Shown here: positions 54,679-64,000 of the stretch, piece after piece
Numbering within the stretch: position 1 is the first letter of the stretch
How the letters are laid out: every line of letters begins with the position of its first letter
Assembly: GCA_951406725.2 (NCBI GenBank)
Contig: OX597826.1
Coordinates: forward strand, 77,748,001 to 77,812,000
Direction: 5' to 3'
Source of the DNA: Octopus vulgaris
Taxonomy: Eukaryota
DNA length: 64,000 nt
Made by a program: the position numbers and the translations under genes
The notes under the pieces: generated by a model
Database searches by the model: none
What the model was told of the DNA's origin: nothing
The model's input: only the letters and a program-made list of their open reading frames with translations

Positions 54679-54928
54679 GGGTTTTTCTTCTTCTTTCAAA
54701 TTTGCTTCCATTTCTTGCCGAGTGTCTTCTCGACTCCTAGGGCAAAGAAACTCATATTATACATTGGTAGGCCATTAAACTAAACTCACTAGTTCGTTCA
54801 TTTTTTTTTTATAGAAATAAAGTTAAATTAAAATACATGGGTAGTAATAGTTCTCACATCGACAATGCTCTTCTCAATACGTGTGATGTACCAGTTAAGA
54901 GGATCTTTTGCACTTCTTGCAGGGATGG

Positions 54929-54930
<2 letters not shown>
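54678..54930 (-). mobile_element. R4/Dong-like 3' fragment F inside (TTA)n
   Basis: Minus strand PSLQEVQKILLTGTSHVLRRALSM* plus UTR; (TAA)n on the sense strand at both ends. Confidence 0.85.
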
Positions 54931-54994
<64 letters not shown>

Positions 54995-55031
54995 GTCGTT
55001 GTTGTTGTTGTTGTTATTGTTGTTATTATTA

Positions 55032-55084
<53 letters not shown>

Positions 55085-55087
55085 ATA

Positions 55088-55645
55088 AATGTCCTGATAC
55101 AGTACCAGGCTGTGGATCTCATGGCTCCTGATCTTAACTGATTAGAAGTGTTATCATGTACAGTGTTTTGTCTTGGTATCAAAGATGGGCTACAGCAAAT
55201 ATTCTGCTCAATACCACAGATTTGCGTGTCAGTCATTTGACCATGACCAGTTGAGCATGTCCCTTAGTGGCTGACGATATATGCATCTCTGACCACGAGC
55301 AGAAGTAATAGGGGAGCATCATAGCCATGTGTTGAAAGGAATTCTTGGAGGTTTGGATAATTCACCTTTGGAAACATGGGTGGTTTGTTCAATATCCTTA
55401 AACAACCGTTATTCATGGTCCTTTTGAGCGGGATGTGCTACTCGACCAGAAGAACATTCTAACTGGGCCCCACCTGCAAGGTCATGCGCTGTTTATCTTG
55501 ATATGAGATCACCATGTCGCGCACTTATGGTTGTGATACCTGTGCCTGGTGTACCCTTATCAGACGGGTAGTCATGACGGGTATATTGGGCTTCGTATAT
55601 TTGTACCCAAGTGTCACTTCGATCGCATGCACTGCTTTCTCACTC

Positions 55646-55646
<1 letters not shown>
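55088..55646 (+). mobile_element. Unclassified ~560-bp insert between (TTA)n and (AAT)n, probably a retroelement 3' UTR
   Basis: Complex non-coding block with sharp boundaries inside the trinucleotide array. Confidence 0.5.
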
Positions 55647-55717
<71 letters not shown>

Positions 55718-56454
55718 GATAATAATAATTTTATTTGTTAAATGCAACTGTTACTCTTGCTGATTACGATGTTGTTCGCTTAGTAAACACAGACGTAGAA
55801 TGTTGCAGCTACTGCTGTTGTTGTTGTTGCTCTTGTAGCTGCCAGACGTTGTGCATAATCATTAAAACATATAATAATATTGACTGGTTCTAGGAATTCT
55901 GATGTAAATATTGGTTCAAGGAGATAAATGTGGAAGTCAATGCAGTGTGAAATACATCCGTACATGTATGCACATGTGCATGCATATATGTGTATGTATA
56001 TGTGTATGTGTATGTGTGTGTATGCATATACATATGGGTATGTGTGTGTATATGCATGTGCGTATGTATGTATCTATGTATCTATGTATCATCAAGCTAG
56101 CTAGCTTTTATCCGTCTCTCAATACATACATAACCGTCCATCCATCAACCATCCATCCACCCATCCATCCATCAATCCAGCCAGCCAGACATCTACTCAT
56201 TCTTCCACATATTCACGCATACATGTATGTATGTATGTATGTATGTATGTATGTATGTATGTATGTATATTTGAGTAGTTGAATGAATTATCTTGTTATG
56301 GATAATTCGGTTAACCGATACCTGGGTAGCAAATTCACATCAGAGAAGACACGGTTGAAGTTACGTGCTTTCGTGTGGAAATTTGTATGTTTTTTTTAAA
56401 TATATAAATATATGAAAGAATGGAGTTGAACGACGAATTAACAAAATTCCTTTA

Positions 56455-56537
56455 TTTTCGACATATGTTTCGAAGGCTGCATATTCCTAATTGCGAAGGA
56501 ATAAGGAGTATATTATGCTGCTTTCTCATCAGGAAAA
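56455..56537 (-). ncRNA. Canonical-core type I hammerhead ribozyme
   Basis: Sense ttttc-CTGATGA-gaaagcagcata...tatgcagccttc-GAAA-catatg-TC-gaaaa with an overlapping AATAAA. GUC site; palindromic stem III. Confidence 0.85.
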
Positions 56538-57387
56538 TCAAGGAACTTATGTCAACATCAAGATGCACAAAAAACTTTTAGATGACTGCTCACACGGAGC
56601 CCATAGCGATATGTATGATGTATGTATGTAATGTATGTATGTATGTATGTATGTATGTATGTATGTATGCAGTATGTATGCATGTATATGTATATGCGTG
56701 TATGCAATAAACAGACATGAGCTTAGAAAAATAACTCAGGGTGGAAATGGTCTGTATTTGAAAAACATAGACAAATGCAGGTATATCAAATACCATACAA
56801 CGTAAATTCTTGTTTTATTAACACTATCTCCTCCTCTAGAGGAGAAGATGTCGTAGTTGGTAAACAGCAATTGCGGCCTCATCCATGTGAGAAGGGGAGA
56901 CAATTTCAAGATTCAAATATTTTCAGCTTCTTTTCATATTGTATAAAGAAAGAGGTTAAATCTATCAAACTTACAGCTGTATGGCAAAGAATTGTCATTA
57001 ACGTTAATTTTAAGTTTTATCAAAAATGCTACGGGAGGCAAATCCGAAATCCAAATTAAATTAATGGTATAAATACTTATATTTATTTGAGTTTTAATTT
57101 TATTGTTTTTGTGGTTAATAAAATGTGCATGGTTGTTTATATGTTATTTATATTTAATTAAATGATGGTAACAGGAATTTTTAATATGTTTTATAATACT
57201 TGTAATAATATTTTAAAATTAAATTCGTTCCCGTTGTTTACAATCTTATTTCTTATCCCATCAAAATCAAATTTGTCTTTTTTCCCTCTGAGGTCCTTAA
57301 AATTCGGTATCAGTCAAATACTGAGTCGATGGCGATAATTAACTTTAGTTCTTGAAAAATGCTGGTCTTGTGCCTAAATTAGAAATA

Positions 57388-57595
57388 ATGTCTTCAAATT
57401 TTGGCACCAGGTCAGAAAATTTGTAGGAAGGGTAAATCGATTACATGGACCCCAGTATTTAACTGGTACTTATTTTATCGACTCCGAACAGATGAAAGGC
57501 AAAGTCGACCTCGGCGAAATTTGAACTCAGGACGTAAAGATGAGCAAAATGCCGCCAAGCATTCGGCGTGCTAACGATTCTGCCAGCTCGCTGCT
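57388..57595 (-). mobile_element. SINE family A (tail type B)
   Basis: GATGAAAGGCAAAGTCGACCTCGGCGAAATTTGAACTCAG...GCTAACGATTCTGCCAGCTCGC. Confidence 0.88.
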
Positions 57596-57950
57596 TTCAA
57601 TAGACAAATATACTTGGGTAGATTCTTATAAATTTACGTTTTTGTTTTTCTAATCAAAAGAAATATTTTAATTAACGTCTGTTGTACTGTATGACGTGCT
57701 ATCTTGCTTGAAGGCATATTTAGTACATGATCAATAAATAATGATCAATAAATAATGTCAACGGTTGTCTGATCAGCGCCGAAGACGAAGTGGCAAGATC
57801 CAGGCTGCAGAAAACTACAACAATGTTTCTGGGCTTAATGGAGAATTCACTTGTAACACTTTGAAGCTCTTGCGGGAGCCTAAAACGTGAGGGTCACAGC
57901 TGCCGTTTCTTGTTTCGGTAAGAACCCGATACCAATATTTCAGGCAATTA

Positions 57951-58145
57951 AGGTGGCGAACTGACAGACTCGTTAGCAAACAGGGAAAAAAGTTTAGAGA
58001 CATTTTGTCCGTCTTGACGTTCTGAGTTCAAATCCCGTCGAGGTCAACTTTGTCGTTCCTCTTTTCGGGGTCGATGAAATATGTACCAGTTGAGCATTGG
58101 GGCCCTGAACTTGCTGCCCTTGTGCCAAAATTTGAAACCAATATT
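57951..58145 (+). mobile_element. SINE family A (tail type B)
   Basis: Head, core and tail CTTGTGCCAAAATTTGAAACCAAT. Confidence 0.85.
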
Positions 58146-58549
58146 TCAGACGATCGTTAAGGGAGTGTTACCTATACTAAATGTAAGATGAGATCAGGAC
58201 GTGCCGGTTTCAAATCTCTGTTGCTGTATTTCGCTTCATTTGTGTTATTTGTGTCATTATTTACTGAAACAAGTAGTAAAAGATAAAACGACGTGTGCGT
58301 GTGTGTACGCATGCGCGAGTTTGAGTGTGTCTAAAAACCCTGCGAGAAATACGAAGTTACAAAGAGGACCTCATACGTACTCCAGTAATGGACATTCCGA
58401 CATGACTACCGCTAATGTAGTGAGGCTTTGGTAGCCAGCCAATTTCAAGATGGCAGTAGTTATACACCGCAAAGTCATCTGGTTTGCTTATGCTCCCTTC
58501 TTTTCTCACTCAACCTACGTGAATAAGGCCCTCCTTACAGAGTCCTTTA

Positions 58550-58777
58550 ACTTTTAGCTTTTACTTCTTTCAGTCATTAGACTGCGACCATGCTAGGGCA
58601 CCGCTTTGAAGAATTTTATTTGAAAAAAATCGACTTGAATTTTAAGCCAGGTATTCATTGTATCGGTCTCTTTTGGCGAACCAACGCTAAGCTACGGGGA
58701 TATAAACACACCGACACCAGTTTTCAAGCGGTGGTGGGTACAAACACATACACACACAACACAACACACACACACAA

Positions 58778-58818
<41 letters not shown>

Positions 58819-58935
58819 TCAACGGTTTTCTTTCAGTTTCCGTCCATCAAGTTCACTCAAAAGGCTTTGGTCTGCCCGAGGCTATCGGAGACGAGACTTA
58901 CCGTAAGTGCCACCCAGTGGGACTGAACCCCGAAT
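58550..58935 (-). mobile_element. SINE family B, near full length
   Basis: Colinear with the other family B copies. Confidence 0.85.
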
Positions 58936-59590
58936 CAACCACACAGGCACACCTACACACACACGTGCGCGTGTCATATATATAGATATAGATATATATA
59001 CATATATATATATACACACACATATATATATATATATATATACATAAAAAACACACATGTATTCGTACACAAGCAGCTAAACATGTATGAACATATACAT
59101 GCATGTGTGTGTGCGTGTGTGTGTGTCCGCGCGCATGTGTGTGTTGATGGCGTTGAACGAAGATGGCCACATGTGGCAGTGAGAGGGACTGGTGCAAGCT
59201 TTGAACAATTCCATTAAAGCCCAAAAGCCAAGATAGAACTCTACATAAATGGCTACACATGTATTAATTCGAAAGAAACGTTCTTATTTATTGACTTACT
59301 CGCATCTACAAGAACCAAATGGCCACGAAGAGTTCCTACAACACTACACAACTCTTACATTTATTCCTATTTTTGTGTTTTAATATTTATGCTGTTTTCT
59401 TTTTTACTTTCATTTCCGCATTTATTTATTTCTGTATTTGTTTATTCCTGTTTATATTTCTTTCTCAGTCCCCCGTGTGATATTATTTCTTTCGGTTGCT
59501 ATCACATTTTAATTGTTGTTGTTTTTTTTCTTCCAGTTGTTGTTGTTGTTGTTGTTCTTTCTTTTGCTGCAACTGATGTCGTCGTCGTCG

Positions 59591-59625
<35 letters not shown>

Positions 59626-60056
59626 GCTGATACTGTTTTTCGCTGCTAATTTTAGCTGATTCTCTGTTGCTGCTGTGCGTTTTAGATGTTCTGGAAACTG
59701 TTTTGTTAATGCTGTTGTTTTTATTTACTGCTGCTGCAGATGTTTTTGCTGATGTTGTTAATGTTGTTGGTGTTGCTGTTCTCCTTCTCCAAAACATCAA
59801 AACGAAACCCTAAAAAAAACACACAAAACAATCACACACACACACACACGCATAAATACGCGTATTTGCTCTATCTCACACACACACACGCTGTAAAGAA
59901 AAGCCGCCAACCCCGAACCAGAGATGGTACATCCAGTGGAAATAAGGTTTTATATTAGAATATTATTGTTTCATTGAGGAATGAGGAAAACATACAAAGA
60001 TAAAATGAAACGTAATAAAATAATACATAGGTATGTCTTTATCTATATGTGTGTGT

Positions 60057-60087
<31 letters not shown>

Positions 60088-60173
60088 ATTACTTATTTAC
60101 ATGCATGTGAGTATGACTAAATAAACGTATGTGAATATATGTTGGTGCATGTGCAATATATATATACATATGC

Positions 60174-60213
<40 letters not shown>

Positions 60214-60415
60214 ATGTATGCATATATATATACATATAAATACATATATACATATACATATATACACACACACATATATAGACACATATATATGCATATA
60301 TATATATACATATGCATAAATATATCATTTTATCAATATATCTACACATGTGCACATATAAATATGTATGCATGTGTATATCTATTTAGGTACGAATGTG
60401 TATATATCTATATCT

Positions 60416-60466
<51 letters not shown>

Positions 60467-60490
60467 CATATACACATACCTATATAATAA

Positions 60491-60542
<52 letters not shown>

Positions 60543-60782
60543 TGTATGTATGTATGTATGTATGTATGTATGTATGTATGTATATACACATATGCATAAG
60601 CATATCAGCGAGATTCTACTACGAAAGACAAACAGACATTTATATAATCTGGTATATTTGTAAATACGTTTTCTGAATCTAATCAGTCTCCGGTTTACCC
60701 CTGAGAAAGAATTGCATCGTATTTGTTGTTTTAGAGACAGGTTTACGCTTGTGTTTTTTTTTGCTCTTCTTACTATTATTCT

Positions 60783-60813
<31 letters not shown>

Positions 60814-61090
60814 GGCAGTAGAAGCAGTTGCAGCAACAGCAGCAACAGCAGCAGCAGCAGCAGTGTCATGGAGATCAGCGTCGCTGTTGTTGTTGTTGTT
60901 GTTGTTGTTGTCATTCTTGTTATTTATGTTTGTGATTAATTGTGTGAGTGTTGTTACGCACCCGTTCGGGCACCGCCTCGGGAACGCGTACACGCGCATA
61001 CCCATGCATCCATGTTGCCCGCAGATGCATCTGCGGTTGTGCGGTCATATGTGCATGTAAATGTATATATGTGCATGTGCGTGTTTATGC

Positions 61091-61213
<123 letters not shown>

Positions 61214-61413
61214 TATATATATATATATCTATGTATGTATGTAGGTAGGTATGTATTATCAAGACGTTGAGTTATTGGTGGCACGGGTGGCACAGTGGCC
61301 CAATGAAGAGAAGCTAAGATACCTATTACTGGGATATGACTGTAAGAAGGAACCGCCTTTTGGGCACCATATACACCACCACACTATCAAACTTATACCA
61401 TACATACATATTC

Positions 61414-61445
<32 letters not shown>

Positions 61446-61620
61446 CATATTTTTTAAAATATGTATATTATATATATATACGTATATTATATATATATTA
61501 TATGTATATCTATATTATATATATATATGTATATATATATATGTATGCATATATATGTATATATATGTATGCATATATATGTATATATATACACGTATGC
61601 ATATATATACATACATATAC

Positions 61621-61664
<44 letters not shown>

Positions 61665-61675
61665 GTATATTTATG

Positions 61676-61708
<33 letters not shown>

Positions 61709-62150
61709 TGTGTGTGTGTATAAAACATGTATTTCATTTATGTCATTATTGCCCCTTTGATGATGCTATTGTTGTTGATGATGATGATGTTTTTCCTTTT
61801 CTTTGTTAATTTCACGAATATTTTCATTCCATTAATAATATGAAATTATTGTTATTTATTATTGTTGTTGCTGTTGTAGTTACTGTTGTTATTATCATTA
61901 TTATCATCATCATCATCATCATCATCATTATTATCATGTGCTATTGTTGTTGTTGTTGTTGCTATTGTTTCCATATTGTTATTATTATTATTATTATCAA
62001 AATCATCATTTTCATTATTATCGCCGAGATTTTTATTAATATTATTTTTATTACAGACGATGATTGTGTATATTTAATAAAATATGTATATCAGAATATA
62101 TAGGATTTTTATTATAGTCTTCGTTTTTAAAAAACACAAAAAACACTACC

Positions 62151-62182
<32 letters not shown>

Positions 62183-62268
62183 CAACAACCGCCACAACAA
62201 CAACAATCATGTACAAGACCAAAGTTTTAAAGGAATTTAATTTTTCTGTACACAAACACACACACACA

Positions 62269-62312
<44 letters not shown>

Positions 62313-62803
62313 TGGAGGGAGGGAGAGAGAGCTTGCTAACTTGATAGATAAATATAGAAGGGTATTTAGATAAGTACAAGATAGGTTTAGAGTCAGCAAT
62401 AACTCTTGTTCAATCAATTTATCTAACAATTTCGATATAGACATTATTAAATGGTTTTTCTTCGTAACGTAAATCGAATCTGAATCTTTTTTACTGGTAA
62501 AATATCGCTGGTTTAATACACAAACACACAAGCATATACACAAATACGTACACCCATAGCTATATATGTATAAATATACACACACACACACATATATATA
62601 TATGTGTGTGTGTGTGTATACATAGATATATATATATATATTTATATTTATATACTTATATATATATATGCATATATATATATACGTATATATATATATA
62701 TACATATATACATATACATATATAATATAGACGTTTATATGTACATATAGTATATATATGTAGATATACACATATATGCGCACGTATATACATACAGAGT
62801 TAG

Positions 62804-62834
<31 letters not shown>

Positions 62835-62946
62835 CTTATATACATACATATGAATGTTTGTTTGCATGCATATATGTATGCGTGTAGATATATACAATTT
62901 AGTATTTATAATGACATGATTAAGTGTATTTGTTCTTTTGCTGCTC

Positions 62947-62978
<32 letters not shown>

Positions 62979-63040
62979 ATATATATTTATACACACACAC
63001 ACATATACAGATAGATAGGTACATACATACATATATGTAC

Positions 63041-63082
<42 letters not shown>

Positions 63083-63129
63083 GGATCGATAGATATATAC
63101 ATATATATTTGTACGTATATATAATACAT

Positions 63130-63170
<41 letters not shown>

Positions 63171-63264
63171 TATACATACATTTATATACCTATGCACTTA
63201 TATATAATTGTCATTCTTATGATTTATTATCATTGTTATTGCTGTTATTATAATTATTGTTATA

Positions 63265-63333
<69 letters not shown>

Positions 63334-63718
63334 TTTGTTGTTGTTGTTGTTATCATCATCATCACCATCATCAACATCAACATTGTCGTCGTCATCAACA
63401 TTTTTATTCCTGTTAGTACTGATATTTTTGTTGTTTTTTTTCTTCATTTTTTTTAGTCGGTAGCATTCGTTGAAGAAATATACAAAATAAATATAGAATT
63501 TGTGTCTAAGACTAGAACTACTTTTGGTTCAATGTCATATATTAATCACGTTGTCCATAAAAATAACAGAGACAAACATCTTCAATATATATATTATAGT
63601 CAGTAGCTTAGTTTCGTATTTTCAACAACAAAATAACCAGAGTCATACAGACTTTCATGCAAGGCAACACACACAACTCTATACACAGCTCACGAAAGCC
63701 AACTTTACAAGCATAGGC

Positions 63719-63760
<42 letters not shown>

Positions 63761-64000
63761 ACACACACATATATATATATACACATACATGCATAAACAT
63801 ATAAACGCATACGTACATATATATATATATATTTATACATATATGCATATATGTATATTTATATATTTATACATATAAACATATATGTATATATATATAT
63901 ATACATATACACACATATATATATATACATACACACACACACACATATAGATATATATATACTCATATATACATATATATATATATATATTATACACATG

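Overview
AT-rich animal (eukaryotic) genomic DNA, intronic or intergenic, saturated with microsatellites and transposable-element relics. The SINE set and microsatellite load look like an octopus (coleoid cephalopod) genome; this is recalled from family sequences, not a database result. No intact protein-coding gene, rRNA, true tRNA gene or CRISPR array is supportable. Almost all listed ORFs are microsatellite translations. Supportable content: several tRNA-derived SINE families; fragments of Tx1/L1, CR1, RTE and R4/Dong LINEs; a Penelope-like (PLE) ORF relic; mariner relics; hAT MITEs; a complete non-autonomous Helitron; and about 8 minimal type I hammerhead ribozyme (HHR) motifs, most with a palindromic, dimer-requiring stem III. 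Most interesting signals: (1) a ~260-bp element combining a tRNA Pol III head, a hammerhead, AATAAA and 18-bp inverted ends; (2) a SINE whose 3' tail matches the 3' end of a (TATC)n-embedded Tx1-like LINE and which stacks at its own GTATTT motif; (3) stacks of Dong-like 3' ends in (TAA)n arrays; (4) a CR1 relic with no frameshifts whose four internal stops are all TAG; (5) a 134-bp, ~98% identical inverted duplication abutting a perfect 27-bp hairpin.
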